Shown here in pieces: positions 18,468 through 28,376 of a DNA stretch of 63,218 nt (position 1 is the first letter of the stretch; the number at the start of each line of letters is the position of its first letter). The stretch covers positions 1-63,218 of the IMG/VR virus record IMGVR_UViG_3300046791_000289; one strand, written 5' to 3'. The DNA is from a virus (Duplodnaviria > Caudoviricetes). The translations under genes and the position numbers were made by a program. The notes beneath the pieces are model-generated. The model worked only from the letters and a program-made list of their open reading frames with translations. It was not told the origin of the DNA and did no database searches.

Positions 18468-18691
18468 TCTGGCGCGAGCGCTACCGCCTGAGCGGCGCCA
18501 CGTTCGACGAGGCGCGCCGCCGCGCCGATCTCGAGGTGATCGCGCGCACCGCCGACCAGCGCGCGGGCGCCGCGATCGGCATCGGGATCGCGCTGGCGAT
18601 GATCGCGATCGTCGCGATGCTCACCGCCGTGGCCTACGATCGCGGCCAGGCCCGCGCGCGCGACGTCGCCGCCGCGCCATGCGTCCGGTAG
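18464..18691 (+). CDS. Small membrane protein
   Basis: ATGA overlap. One transmembrane helix. Confidence 0.55.
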   Translation: MIWRERYRLSGATFDEARRRADLEVIARTADQRAGAAIGIGIALAMIAIVAMLTAVAYDRGQARARDVAAAPCVR

Positions 18692-18735
18692 CCGGACGCG
18701 ACATCACCCGTCACGATCACCCGAGGAGGAGCCCC

Positions 18736-19062
18736 ATGCCGAACCAACCGATCCCCCGTGCCGTGCTTGACGTCCGCGACCCGGACACGCCGGTCCCGTG
18801 GAACCCGGCATGCGAGATCGGGCTCGCACGCGTCGTCATCGGCAACAACTTCGCCGACCTCGATCCGAGCGCGCTCCGGGCGCTCGTCGAGCGCGGCCAG
18901 GAGTGGCTGGTCAAGCATGCCGGCCGCCAGCGGTTGCACGCCGTCTCGAGCGCGACCGACGAGGGCGCGGCGGCGGCGATCCGCGCGCAGGGCGGTGACC
19001 CGGGCGCGTTCGCCGGCCAGGTCGCGGCGCAGATGGCCGAGCTGATCGGAGCGAAGTCGTGA
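18736..19062 (+). CDS. Hypothetical protein
   Basis: GAGGAGGAG RBS. GC3-rich frame. Confidence 0.7.
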   Translation: MPNQPIPRAVLDVRDPDTPVPWNPACEIGLARVVIGNNFADLDPSALRALVERGQEWLVKHAGRQRLHAVSSATDEGAAAAIRAQGGDPGAFAGQVAAQMAELIGAKS

Positions 19063-19595
19063 GCGAGTCGTGTACCTGTCGACGAACGAGCGATGGATGC
19101 GGCATCTATCCAAGCGGGAATTGCCCAACCCACGCCATAGCGCATGGCGGCGGAATGGCTGGCCACGATGACGTCGTGACGTCGACGCGCGAGGATGACG
19201 GCACCCCGCTGGACGGCACGCACCACATCGAGGCGCCGCTCTACGACTACGGCGCCGAGTTGGAGCAGATGGCCGCCCCGATCTTCCCAGCGGTCGAGGT
19301 CGGCGAGACGTTCGTCCTCACGGTCGATGACGCCTGGTACTCGTCGCTCGACGCCGGAGCCTACAAGGTGGCCGCGATCGCGCCGACCGTGCTCACGCTC
19401 GGGCGCGACCCGGCCCGCCTCATGGTCGATCGCGGCCGCGGCCTCGAGCACGCCTCGCGCGCGGCGACCAAGGACGGCCGGCGCAAGCTCCGTGCGATGC
19501 ATGTGCGCTATCTGGCCATGGTCGCGGCCCTCGAGCGCCTCCTGCGCGGCGAGCTGGGCCGGCGCCGCGGGCTCCGCGCCTGGAGCACGCGATGA
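19059..19595 (+). CDS. Hypothetical protein
   Basis: 4-nt overlaps at both ends. Confidence 0.6.
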   Translation: MSESCTCRRTSDGCGIYPSGNCPTHAIAHGGGMAGHDDVVTSTREDDGTPLDGTHHIEAPLYDYGAELEQMAAPIFPAVEVGETFVLTVDDAWYSSLDAGAYKVAAIAPTVLTLGRDPARLMVDRGRGLEHASRAATKDGRRKLRAMHVRYLAMVAALERLLRGELGRRRGLRAWSTR

Positions 19596-20401
19596 GCGCC
19601 TCGAGCCCGAGCGAGGCGGCCCTCGCGGCGATCGTCGTGCGCTACCTCCGCGCCGCCGGGTGGGATACCTATCAGGAGGTGGACGATATCGACGTCCTCG
19701 GCCTCCGAGGCGCGGCGATGATCATCGTCGAGACCAAGCGCGTGGCGACGTGGGATCTCCTCGGCCAGTGCGATCAGCGCCTCTCCACGGCGCCATACGT
19801 GTGGGCCGCGGTCGGCACGATGCCCTGTGGCTACCGCGCCGCCCACGCCTGCGAGGATGCCTTCCGGGCGAAGGGGCTCGGGCTCCTCCTGATCGACGCC
19901 GACGATCGCTACGGCGTCCAGGTCGATCGCGAGTTCGCGCGGCTCGAGGCCTCGCGCTCGATCCTGATCCCGGGCGAGTCGATCCCGCCTTGCGGTGGCC
20001 TCGTCCGCCAGCGCGTGGCACCCACGATCGGCCGGTCCGGCGAGCCCAATGCGGCCCGCGTCGCAGCCCTCCGCGCGCGGCTCGACCCCCGCCAGCGGGA
20101 CAACGTCGCCGGCGTGCCGACCGGCGGCGCCCCGGCCAACTTCACCCCGCCGACCAGCTACCAGACCACCGCCGCCGCGTTCCGCGCCTACGTGACGGCC
20201 AACCCCGGCCGCAAGCTGGGCGAGGTCGTGAGCGAGATCGAGCACCACTACTCGAACCCGAGGAGCGCACAGTCGGCCCTCCGCACGCACCTCAAATCCG
20301 GCTTGCTCGGTGACGTCACGCTCCGTGACGGTCGCGTGTACATCGACGCCGTTCCTGGTTCGCTGGCGTCACGGGACGTGACGGAAGGCGACGTGCCGTG
20401 A
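19592..20401 (+). CDS. PD-(D/E)XK (MmcB-like) nuclease
   Basis: SE..L...V..YL...GW..YQEV..IDV......IIVETK...Q...GLGLL. Confidence 0.7.
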   Translation: MSASSPSEAALAAIVVRYLRAAGWDTYQEVDDIDVLGLRGAAMIIVETKRVATWDLLGQCDQRLSTAPYVWAAVGTMPCGYRAAHACEDAFRAKGLGLLLIDADDRYGVQVDREFARLEASRSILIPGESIPPCGGLVRQRVAPTIGRSGEPNAARVAALRARLDPRQRDNVAGVPTGGAPANFTPPTSYQTTAAAFRAYVTANPGRKLGEVVSEIEHHYSNPRSAQSALRTHLKSGLLGDVTLRDGRVYIDAVPGSLASRDVTEGDVP

Positions 20402-20934
20402 CGGTGGAGGCCATTATGCTCGCCAACCTGGACGAGCGGATCCGCCAGGTCGTCATGCGCGCCCGGTTCTCCGCGCGCTTGCTCGGGCTCGCCGGCGAGG
20501 AGGCGATCGCAGCGCTGATCGATGGCCTCGCCGCGGACGAGTTCCGCGGCCCCGCCCCGTTCCCGCGCCACATCGTGTGCGCCGCCGAGCTGGTCGGCCA
20601 GCGGTGCCCGCTCGGCGACCGGCTCGCGCCGCTCCGCATCGGCCACGTGGTCCAGGCCGGCGCCCACGGCCTCGAGCGCTCGGAGGTGCTGATCTCAGAG
20701 ACGCCGGTCCCATGGGAGTCGTTCCATCGCGGCGTGATGCCGCCGGCGATCGTCAACATCCACCCGCGCCATGCCGGGAGCGCCCACACCGCCCAGGCCT
20801 TCGCGTGGTGGGGCGGAGTCGACCCGGCCGCGATCGCGCGCGGCGCCGACCTCGTGCGGGCCATCCCGCCGCGCCCGCGCTCGAGGTACGGGATCGCGCG
20901 ATGGCACACGATCCATCGGCCGGAGCGGACGTGA
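20398..20934 (+). CDS. Hypothetical protein
   Basis: GTGA overlap. GC3-rich frame. Confidence 0.6.
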   Translation: MTVEAIMLANLDERIRQVVMRARFSARLLGLAGEEAIAALIDGLAADEFRGPAPFPRHIVCAAELVGQRCPLGDRLAPLRIGHVVQAGAHGLERSEVLISETPVPWESFHRGVMPPAIVNIHPRHAGSAHTAQAFAWWGGVDPAAIARGADLVRAIPPRPRSRYGIARWHTIHRPERT

Positions 20935-21171
20935 CGGCCCGGCCTCGCGGCCGCCGGTCGATCCTCCACCGGGGGATGGCCGACGTCTCCACGTGGACGA
21001 TCTACGGCCAGGAATCCGGGCCCCGAGACCGAGCACATCGTAGGCCTCGTCGCCCGGGGCGAGGTCACCTCACGGACCATGCTCCCCTCAGGCATGACGT
21101 GCGTGGTCGTGCGGATCACGGCATGGGAGGAGGACGGCCACCGGCCCCCGCCGCCCGAGCTGGCGCACTAG
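20931..21171 (+). pseudogene. Small ORF apparently split by a frameshift
   Basis: The GC3-rich frame switches near 21010-21025, from ...TWTIYG to ...PETEHIVGLVARGEV...ELAH*. Confidence 0.35.
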
Positions 21172-21174
21172 CCG

Positions 21175-21426
21175 ATGCCCGCCGCCCCGCTGGGCGCCAC
21201 CGTCCGCATCTACCTGGACGTCCCGGGCCCCGTGCTCGCCGGCGACGCCGTCCAGACCCCCACCGGCCGCACCTACCTCGTGATCGACGTCCGCCGCCAG
21301 ACTCGCGGCGCACGAGCTGGGCGATGGCACCTCGTGGTCGTCGTGGTCGAGCGCGCACCCGAGGGCGCCCACGTCCACCGGATCCGCTGGTACCGCCGGG
21401 ATCGGCGCCCCGCCCGCCCGACATGA
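21175..21426 (+). CDS. Small hypothetical protein
   Basis: GD....PTGR.YLV..VR...RW..R. GC3-rich frame. Confidence 0.65.
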   Translation: MPAAPLGATVRIYLDVPGPVLAGDAVQTPTGRTYLVIDVRRQTRGARAGRWHLVVVVVERAPEGAHVHRIRWYRRDRRPARPT

Positions 21427-21475
21427 GGCACCGGCCTGGCGCGAGCTACATGCGCGCCGCTCATACGTAACAGAC

Positions 21476-21512
21476 TTGCCAGCGCGGCATATGCCGTTGC
21501 ATAGTAGCCGTG
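21476..21512 (+). promoter_or_regulatory. Possible promoter with palindromic spacer
   Basis: TTGCCA-18nt-CATAGT, spacer containing CGGCATATGCCG, just before GTG 21510. Confidence 0.4.
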
Positions 21513-22949
21513 CCTGCCCGATCCCCATGCCAAACCACGATGAGGCACCCCATGCCATCCGACCGCCCGCCGACCCCTGCTAACCCGTCCGCCATGCTCG
21601 TGCCCGGCGGGCGGCGGACCCGCCTCGTCGTCGACGACATCTCCATGGTCGACCATCCGATGTGCGCCGCCGGCACGAACACGCTCAACGGAGAGGGGAC
21701 CAAGCCGTGCCCGGACCACTCGGTCGGCACCGTCCATTGGGCGAGTGGCGGCCCGAGGCACCCCTACTGCGCGCGGCACGCGAAGATCCTCCAGGAGGTT
21801 CCATCGTCGTTCGATGCCGCGGGCAAGCCCGCGAACCCGGCGATCTTCACGCCTCACGAGTCGATCGAGATCAAGACCAACGCGGTCAAGCGCTGGGCGG
21901 CGAGTGTCGAGGGCCGCCCCCATAGCCTCGTGCCCAGCGAGGGCGTGCTCGTCGGCCACCTGGCGATCCTCCCGCTCCGGGCGATGCCCGACGCCAAGGT
22001 CGGCGACGCGTTCTCCGTCGAGTTTACGGCAGAGGCGGTCGACTACGAGTCGCGCCCGGCCGATGCGGTCGATCCGGCCTGGCCGCCCGCCTGGCGCCTG
22101 CCCGCGAATCCTCTGACGTGGAGGAACGAATACGACCAAGCGCCGGCGCCGCTCTCGACAAGCCAGGACTGCGAGCCACCGCCATTCTCACCGTCGGATC
22201 CGCGCCTATTCCCGGCCCTTCCGATGACGTTCCGACCTAGCTACCGCAAGCACGCGCCGGTGGGCTTCACCGAGGACTCTCGCCAGGCCGGCATCGTGTG
22301 CGATGTCGCGAAGGAGCTTGGCCTCAAGGTCTCGCCGGATGAGGTGGTCGCGACGCTGGACGCGCTCCAGGGCCAGCGCATGACGAACTACAACATCACG
22401 CGCGAGGTAAAGGTCACCGCGATGCTGTCCCACGCGCGGATGATGGGGACGGCCTACACCCGCGCGCAGGCCACGGCGGACCTCGCCCAGCTTGATGCCC
22501 GCATGGCCGATCCGATCGCGGTCGGTCGCACCATCGCCGAGTTGGAGCGAGCAACGCCAGGCGTGCGTATCAAGATGATGGTCGCTGGCGAGGTCAGCCC
22601 GGCGGACGTCGTCAAGCTGGAGCGCGGCGAGCGCGCGATCACGATCGAGGCGGAAGCCGTGTTCGACTCGCCGGAGTTGCTCGAGGCCGTCCGCAAGGGC
22701 GAGGAGGCGCGCAAGGCGTTCGTCGGCGACCTCATGATCAACCAGCTCGAGAACCTGGCGCATGAGGGCGAGTTCGCCACGCACCGGGCGCTCCCTCGCG
22801 AGTTGGCGATCCTCGCCTCCGCCGAGTGGTCCCGCCGCGTGCGCGAGCGGCTGGCCGAGCGCGCCGCCGCGGCTCGCCTCCGCTGCCAGAGCGACGCCGA
22901 TGAGGACGTCGACAACTTCCCGGACGCGAATGGAGGGTCGCGATGGTGA
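21510..22949 (+). CDS. Large hypothetical protein (start uncertain)
   Basis: 479-codon GC3-rich ORF. Confidence 0.65.
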   Translation: MPARSPCQTTMRHPMPSDRPPTPANPSAMLVPGGRRTRLVVDDISMVDHPMCAAGTNTLNGEGTKPCPDHSVGTVHWASGGPRHPYCARHAKILQEVPSSFDAAGKPANPAIFTPHESIEIKTNAVKRWAASVEGRPHSLVPSEGVLVGHLAILPLRAMPDAKVGDAFSVEFTAEAVDYESRPADAVDPAWPPAWRLPANPLTWRNEYDQAPAPLSTSQDCEPPPFSPSDPRLFPALPMTFRPSYRKHAPVGFTEDSRQAGIVCDVAKELGLKVSPDEVVATLDALQGQRMTNYNITREVKVTAMLSHARMMGTAYTRAQATADLAQLDARMADPIAVGRTIAELERATPGVRIKMMVAGEVSPADVVKLERGERAITIEAEAVFDSPELLEAVRKGEEARKAFVGDLMINQLENLAHEGEFATHRALPRELAILASAEWSRRVRERLAERAAAARLRCQSDADEDVDNFPDANGGSRW

Positions 22950-23419
22950 GAGTGCGCGGCGTGATAGGGGTGAAGCCGCCCACGCTGTTGCCCATTCACG
23001 AGGATCGGCGTGGAGTGGTACGCGCCAAGCCGCCCGAGTTCGTGGCGAACCGCAAGGCGCGAAAGGTCCAGGCGTCACGCGCGCTCAAGGCGACGGAGAA
23101 GGCGATCGATGCCGCGCTGGTCTCCATGGCGCGCTCGATCGCCGATGAGCTTCCGCTCGACAAACTCGTCGACACGGGCCGTCTCATGCCGTCGATCACG
23201 GCCTGGCTCGATGACCGCTACGGCACGTCATCGCTCCAGGTCGGCCCGCTCCGCCTCGAGACCATGTGGGTGCGAGGTGGGTACATCTGGCGGTGCGGCG
23301 ATCTCCACCTGTTCAACCCGTCGACGTTCCCGACACAGGCGGAGGCGCAGATCGCCGCGGAGCGCGGCCTCCGCGAGTTCCTCACGAGCATGCTCCTCGC
23401 CCTACCGGCGCCGCGATGA
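22943..23419 (+). CDS. Hypothetical protein
   Basis: GGAGG RBS. Overlaps neighbours. Confidence 0.65.
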   Translation: MVRVRGVIGVKPPTLLPIHEDRRGVVRAKPPEFVANRKARKVQASRALKATEKAIDAALVSMARSIADELPLDKLVDTGRLMPSITAWLDDRYGTSSLQVGPLRLETMWVRGGYIWRCGDLHLFNPSTFPTQAEAQIAAERGLREFLTSMLLALPAPR

Positions 23420-23820
23420 CCCGCCTCGAGATCATCGCCGCGATCGCCACGCGCCGGGTTGCGATGCTCCGCCCGGTGAAGGGCCCGCGTGCCGCGCGCC
23501 CCCCGCGGATCTACAAGGCCCGGCCGTACAAGCCGCGAACGAAGCCGTCGACGTGGAAGCCGGGGCCCGGTTGCTGTCGATGTGGCCGTCCGCGCGACGG
23601 CGCCAAGGCCCGCTGTGCCGAGTGCCGCGCGAGCGAGGGGAAGCAGCGCGACGCCCGGATCGCGGCCGGCATCTGCTATCAGGCGTGGTCCCACGGCCCG
23701 GCCGCGCCCGGCGGCACCTCGTGCGCGACGTGCCGCGAGTTCTACCGGGTCCAGATGGCCGTCCGGAAGGCTGCGAAGCGCGAGGCCAGCAAGGCGCTGG
23801 AGCTGACCAGCGCGGCATGA
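23416..23820 (+). CDS. Basic double zinc-finger protein
   Basis: CCRCG...CAEC and C....H...CATC. ATGA overlap. Confidence 0.7.
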   Translation: MTRLEIIAAIATRRVAMLRPVKGPRAARPPRIYKARPYKPRTKPSTWKPGPGCCRCGRPRDGAKARCAECRASEGKQRDARIAAGICYQAWSHGPAAPGGTSCATCREFYRVQMAVRKAAKREASKALELTSAA

Positions 23821-23830
23821 CGCGACGTCT

Positions 23831-23873
23831 TATGTTGACCGTCAATGCCGCAAGGTGATAGATGGTAGACATG
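23831..23873 (+). promoter_or_regulatory. Leaderless promoter/operator cassette, copy C
   Basis: TATG-TTGACC-gtca-ATG...gaTAgatggtagac-ATG. 30-nt spacing. Confidence 0.6.
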
Positions 23874-24155
23874 AGAGGACTAGAAGAAATCAAGCATGGC
23901 GACGCCCATCGACGACCTCGCGAGCCTCCTATGAGCGGGACCGTGAGTCCCTCGTTCCTCGTCGAGGGCCCGCCGCTCGATGCATCGGCGACGTTGCCCG
24001 AGGCGCGCGCGATCCCGTTCGCGAGCGCGAGCGATGACCCGCGCACGCTCGGCGATCCGATCTACTTCGCGATCCAGCAACGGCGCTTCACCGCGGAGGA
24101 CGCCGGCCGCCTCCTCGTCGGCATGGCCCGACATCGGAGCGCGTGCCCGCTGTGA
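23871..24155 (+). CDS. Hypothetical protein (start 23871 or 23931)
   Basis: Follows promoter copy C. GTGA overlap downstream. Confidence 0.55.
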   Translation: MRGLEEIKHGDAHRRPREPPMSGTVSPSFLVEGPPLDASATLPEARAIPFASASDDPRTLGDPIYFAIQQRRFTAEDAGRLLVGMARHRSACPL

Positions 24156-24229
24156 GCTGGTTCTTGATCCTCGCCGCGATCGTCGTCATCGCCGGCGTGC
24201 CTGAGATGCCACCGCGGCGGCGACGATGA
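24152..24229 (+). CDS. 25-aa membrane micropeptide
   Basis: MSWFLILAAIVVIAGVPEMPPRRRR. 4-nt overlaps with both neighbours. Confidence 0.6.
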   Translation: MSWFLILAAIVVIAGVPEMPPRRRR

Positions 24230-24504
24230 CAACCTCGCGGCCGTTCGTGCGCGCGGGCAAGGTCTGGCGCGTGCTCGGCATGGTCCCGGAGACCGAGGGC
24301 CGCGAGGGCGTCGAGATGATCGCCTACCGCGTGAACGGCATCGGCGCGTCGTGCGGCCACTACCACACGACGCAGGACGAGGCGGAGGCGTGTCCGTGGG
24401 AGCCGGTGCCGCCACCGCCGGTGTACGCCGGCATCGTGCGCCAGGTGCGTGACGATCGCGGCGATGTTCGGCGATGGCGCCAGGCCACGATGCCCTGGGC
24501 ATAG
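24226..24504 (+). CDS. Hypothetical protein
   Basis: SCGHYH.T..EA..C motif. ATGA overlap. Confidence 0.65.
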   Translation: MTTSRPFVRAGKVWRVLGMVPETEGREGVEMIAYRVNGIGASCGHYHTTQDEAEACPWEPVPPPPVYAGIVRQVRDDRGDVRRWRQATMPWA

Positions 24505-24553
24505 CGCACGCATCACGCTACGTGACGTCCGCGCCGCGTGCCATGCTCGAGGC

Positions 24554-25084
24554 ATGGGAGGACACCACACAATCCGCGCGCGCGAACTCCTCGTGCGCGA
24601 GCTATGGGCGAAGGGGCGCGACTCGCGCGACATCCAAGAGGAGGTGGCCGCCGGCGACCCGGCGATCGGCCTCCCCCCCTGCGACACGCGCACGGTGCGG
24701 AGCTACCTCCAGCGCCTGCGCGGCGAGATGGCGAAGGTTGACGCGGAGGATCTCACCCACGCCCGCACGCAACGGCGCGGCGTGCTGCGGGCGAACCTCC
24801 TGCGCGCCCACCGGCTTGCCGACCTCGCCGAGAAAGCCGGGAACCACGGCGCCGCCGTGCGCGCGGCCAAACTCGTGAACGAGTGCGTCGACCGCCTCAA
24901 CGCGCTCGACAACCTCAACGTGATCACGGTCGACATCAAGCCGAACGAGTCCGGCGTGAGCCTCGCCGGCACCTCGGCCCTGCCCGACCTGTCAAAGATC
25001 TCGCCGGAGGTGCGGGCCGCGCTCGTGGCCGTCGCTCAGGCCGTCAAGACCGCGGCCGCCAAGCTCCCCACGCCGGAGTCCTGA
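24554..25084 (+). CDS. terS: Terminase small subunit
   Basis: N-terminal HTH-like region plus A...G...AAVRA helices, immediately before TerL. Confidence 0.65.
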   Translation: MGGHHTIRARELLVRELWAKGRDSRDIQEEVAAGDPAIGLPPCDTRTVRSYLQRLRGEMAKVDAEDLTHARTQRRGVLRANLLRAHRLADLAEKAGNHGAAVRAAKLVNECVDRLNALDNLNVITVDIKPNESGVSLAGTSALPDLSKISPEVRAALVAVAQAVKTAAAKLPTPES

Positions 25085-25086
25085 TC

Positions 25087-26796
25087 GTGGGCCGCCCGCT
25101 CTCCGCGCGCGCGCGCCGGATCGCCGCCGTGCGCCAGACCGTGAAGGGCCGGGCCGAGCGCGCGCCCAGCAAGCCCCGCCGCGGCAACGGCGCCAAGGCG
25201 AAGGCGACCACGCCGCTCACGATGACCGAGCACGAGGATCTGATCGACCTCGCGCTCACCGATCCCGACGCCCTGCTCCTCGCCGACGCCAAGGGCCGGG
25301 CGGAGGCCTCCTTCGCCGCGTTCGTGGGGCTCCTCTGGCACGAGGTGATCCCGGACCGCCGCGCCTGGGGCTGGGCGTTCGACGCGATCTGCGACCATCT
25401 CGAGGCGGTCACCTACGGCCACATCCGCCGGCTCTTGATCAACGTCCCGCCGGGGTTCTCCAAGAGCGCGCTTACCAACGTGTTCTGGCCGGCGTGGGAG
25501 TGGGGCCCGCTCAACCGCCCGCACCTCGCGCACTTCGCGACGTCGCACGACCTCGAGATGGCCACGGAACAAAACCGGCTCTGTCGCGAGTTGATCACGT
25601 CACCGCTGTATCAGCGCCTGTGGGGCGATCGCGTCCAGCTCTACAAGGATCAGAGCGCCAAAAAGCGGTTCATCATCCGCGGCGGTGGCTTCCGCGCCGT
25701 CACCGCGTTGACCTCCGCCACCGGCGGCCGCGGTCACCGCATGGTCGCCGACGACATCCACTCCGTGATGGGCGCCGAGTCCGAGGCGGACCGCTCGGCG
25801 GCCCGGCGCTCGTTCTCGAAGGTTCTGCCCTCGCGCCTCAAGGTGCCCGACCGCGACGCGCTCGTGATGATCGGCCAGCGCCTGCATCCGCGCGATGCCT
25901 ACTCGCTGGCGATCCGCCTGGGCTACGTGCATCTCGCGCTCCCCATGCGCTGGTCGCTCAAGCACAAGTACCAATGGAAGGGCGCCGCCCTCGAGCCGCT
26001 CACGCAATACGGCGGCGGAGATCCGCGCTCGACGGAAGGCGAGTTGCTCAACACCGAGCGCTACCCCGCGCGCGCGGAGGGCGAGCTACGCGACCAGCTA
26101 CGGATCGAGGGCGGGCTCGCCGCGGAGGCCGGCCAGCTCGATCAGAACCCGACCGAAGAGGGCGGCACGATCTTTCCGCTCGAGGAGTCGCGCTATCAGA
26201 TCGTGGACTACGTCCCGCACGTGCTCGGCGCGATCGCGTGCCGCGGGTGGGACTTCGCCGCCACGATCTCGCTCGCCTCGAAGTGGTCCGCCGGCGTGAA
26301 GTTGTGGCGCGTCCCGTTCGAGGGCGACGAGGAGCAGATCCAGGCCGGTGGCGTCCCGCGCTACCGCTGGTTCATCGAACACGTGGAGCGGTTCCGCGGC
26401 ACCCCGCTCACCGTCCGCCAGAAGCTCCGCGCGCGCGCCGAGCACGACGGCTACGACGTCGTCATCTCGATCCCGAAGGATCCGGCCGCCGCCGGCGTGG
26501 TCCAGCTCGAGGACTACGGCGCGACGTTGTCCGGGTTCAACGTGCACTCGAGCCCCGAGACGGGGAGCAAGGCGGATCGCGCGGCGCCCTTGGCGGCACA
26601 AGCCGAACTCGGCAACCTGTACCTTGTGCGCGGCGATTGGAACGCGGCCTTCATCTCCGAGGCCCAGAGCTTCACCGGGCACGAGAGCGGCATCTCCGAC
26701 CAGATCGACGGCGCGACCCGCGCATTTTCCAAGCTGGCCCCGCGCGCCGTCCGGCGTACCGTGGGCGGCGCGTACACGATCGAGATCACGACCTGA
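25087..26796 (+). CDS. terL: Terminase large subunit
   Basis: RLLINVPPGFSKS Walker A, VADD Walker B, QRLH..D, RGWDFAA and DQIDG nuclease acidic residues. Confidence 0.95.
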   Translation: MGRPLSARARRIAAVRQTVKGRAERAPSKPRRGNGAKAKATTPLTMTEHEDLIDLALTDPDALLLADAKGRAEASFAAFVGLLWHEVIPDRRAWGWAFDAICDHLEAVTYGHIRRLLINVPPGFSKSALTNVFWPAWEWGPLNRPHLAHFATSHDLEMATEQNRLCRELITSPLYQRLWGDRVQLYKDQSAKKRFIIRGGGFRAVTALTSATGGRGHRMVADDIHSVMGAESEADRSAARRSFSKVLPSRLKVPDRDALVMIGQRLHPRDAYSLAIRLGYVHLALPMRWSLKHKYQWKGAALEPLTQYGGGDPRSTEGELLNTERYPARAEGELRDQLRIEGGLAAEAGQLDQNPTEEGGTIFPLEESRYQIVDYVPHVLGAIACRGWDFAATISLASKWSAGVKLWRVPFEGDEEQIQAGGVPRYRWFIEHVERFRGTPLTVRQKLRARAEHDGYDVVISIPKDPAAAGVVQLEDYGATLSGFNVHSSPETGSKADRAAPLAAQAELGNLYLVRGDWNAAFISEAQSFTGHESGISDQIDGATRAFSKLAPRAVRRTVGGAYTIEITT

Positions 26797-26804
26797 GAGG
26801 CCCC

Positions 26805-28376
26805 ATGCCATCGTTCATCCGTTCCCTGGCGTCCATGTTCTCGAGCCCGGCCGCGTCCAGCACGAGCCTCGATCAGGTCGCGTCGCCGCCGGCCGTGCCC
26901 GCCGTGATCGCTGGCCCCACCGGAATCGCGATGCCGGAGACGGTCGACCCCACGGAGACGATGGGCGTGGGCGTGGCGCAGTTCATCGGCGGGTACCTGG
27001 CGAGCCGCGAGACCAACCCCGAGTTGGTCGGGCGCGCGCGCTATCGCACGTACCTCGACACCGTGATCAACATCGAGATCGCCGCCGCCGGCATCCGCAT
27101 GTACCACGACCTCCTCCGCGGCGTGGAGTGGAGCTTCGCGCCGCCGGCGCCCTACAAGGACGATCCCGAGGCGATCCAGATGGCCGAGGACGTGAGCCAG
27201 CTCGTGCACATGGCCTCGACGACGTGGAGCGAGATCGTGGGCAACGTCGCCCGCTTTCGTCATTGGGATTTCTCGATCAGCGAGTGGAGTCTCCGCAAGA
27301 TCGAGGAGGGCCCGCTCGCGGGCTGGCTCGGGATCGGCTACGTCGAGGTCCGCGAGAACGAGACGATCGAGCAATGGATCCCGGACGAGAACGGCCGGAT
27401 CGTGGGCATCGTCCAGCGCTCGCCGATGGATTTCAAGTTGCGCCCGATCCCGCGGGCCAAGCTGATCTATCGAGCCGATCAGACGTTCACGTCGAGCCCG
27501 GACGGCATCGGCATCATCCGGCACATTGTGCGCGCGAAAGAGCAGGTGCTCCGGTTCGAGGATATCGAGATGATCGGCTTTGACGGCAACCTCCGCGGCA
27601 CGCCGATCGCGTACATCCCCTATGTCGAGATCGCGGCCGCCGTGAAGGCCAACCTGATGTCCGCCAAGGAGGCCAAGGACTCGATCGACGCGATGAAGTC
27701 GATCGTACAGAACCACGTCGTGAGCCGCGGGCGCGGCGTGGCCGTTGACTCGTCGCCGTTCCGCTCGCTCGACGTCAACGGCACGCCGTCGGCGATGCGC
27801 ATGTGGGACCTCAAGACCGTGACGACGGAGGCGGGCTCGCAGAAGGAGTTGGGCGAGGCAATCCGCCGCAAGCGCGAGGACGTCGCGATCGTCTGCTACG
27901 CGGAGGTGCTCCTCCTCGCGACCGGCGGCGGCGGCGGCTCGCACGCGGCCGCCGTAGAGAAGGGCACGCGCATGGCGAACCTGATCAACGGCACCGCCGG
28001 CGAGGTCGGCGAGACCGTCCGGCAGGATCTCCTCATGCCGTTGATGGCGCTCAACGGCAAGCCGGTGGACAAGACCCCGGTCCCAACCGCCTCGTCTGTG
28101 ACCGGGTTCGATGTCAAGGAGGCCGCGGACATCATCACCGCCCAGGCCCAGAGCGGCCAGCCGCTCCGCGACGGCGATCCGGCGATCGACCTCATGCGCA
28201 CGCGCGGCGGGCTCCCCGCGATCCCGCCGGAGGTGATCGCGCGCGCCGAACAAGCCGCCATGCTCCAGCGTCGCGCGATGGCGCGCGTGGTGCCGGGCGC
28301 GACCGATCCGAACGCCCCGCCGAGCAAGGACCCGAACAAGCCGCCGGCGCCCGCGCCGCGCAAGGAGCCCGCATGA
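26805..28376 (+). CDS. Portal protein (DUF935/Mu gp29-like)
   Basis: Follows TerL, about 523 aa. FSISEW, P..KLI......SP.G.G..R, GGSHA. Confidence 0.85.
   Translation: MPSFIRSLASMFSSPAASSTSLDQVASPPAVPAVIAGPTGIAMPETVDPTETMGVGVAQFIGGYLASRETNPELVGRARYRTYLDTVINIEIAAAGIRMYHDLLRGVEWSFAPPAPYKDDPEAIQMAEDVSQLVHMASTTWSEIVGNVARFRHWDFSISEWSLRKIEEGPLAGWLGIGYVEVRENETIEQWIPDENGRIVGIVQRSPMDFKLRPIPRAKLIYRADQTFTSSPDGIGIIRHIVRAKEQVLRFEDIEMIGFDGNLRGTPIAYIPYVEIAAAVKANLMSAKEAKDSIDAMKSIVQNHVVSRGRGVAVDSSPFRSLDVNGTPSAMRMWDLKTVTTEAGSQKELGEAIRRKREDVAIVCYAEVLLLATGGGGGSHAAAVEKGTRMANLINGTAGEVGETVRQDLLMPLMALNGKPVDKTPVPTASSVTGFDVKEAADIITAQAQSGQPLRDGDPAIDLMRTRGGLPAIPPEVIARAEQAAMLQRRAMARVVPGATDPNAPPSKDPNKPPAPAPRKEPA

Noticed and set aside
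20398-20934. Resemblance of LISETPV...VNIHPRH to a metallophosphoesterase C-terminus
   Set aside because: The DxH, GD and GNHD motifs are missing.
25494-26804. 960-aa ORF suggesting a giant portal protein
   Set aside because: The upstream part is an off-frame overlap of terL. The portal starts at ATG 26805 after GAGG.
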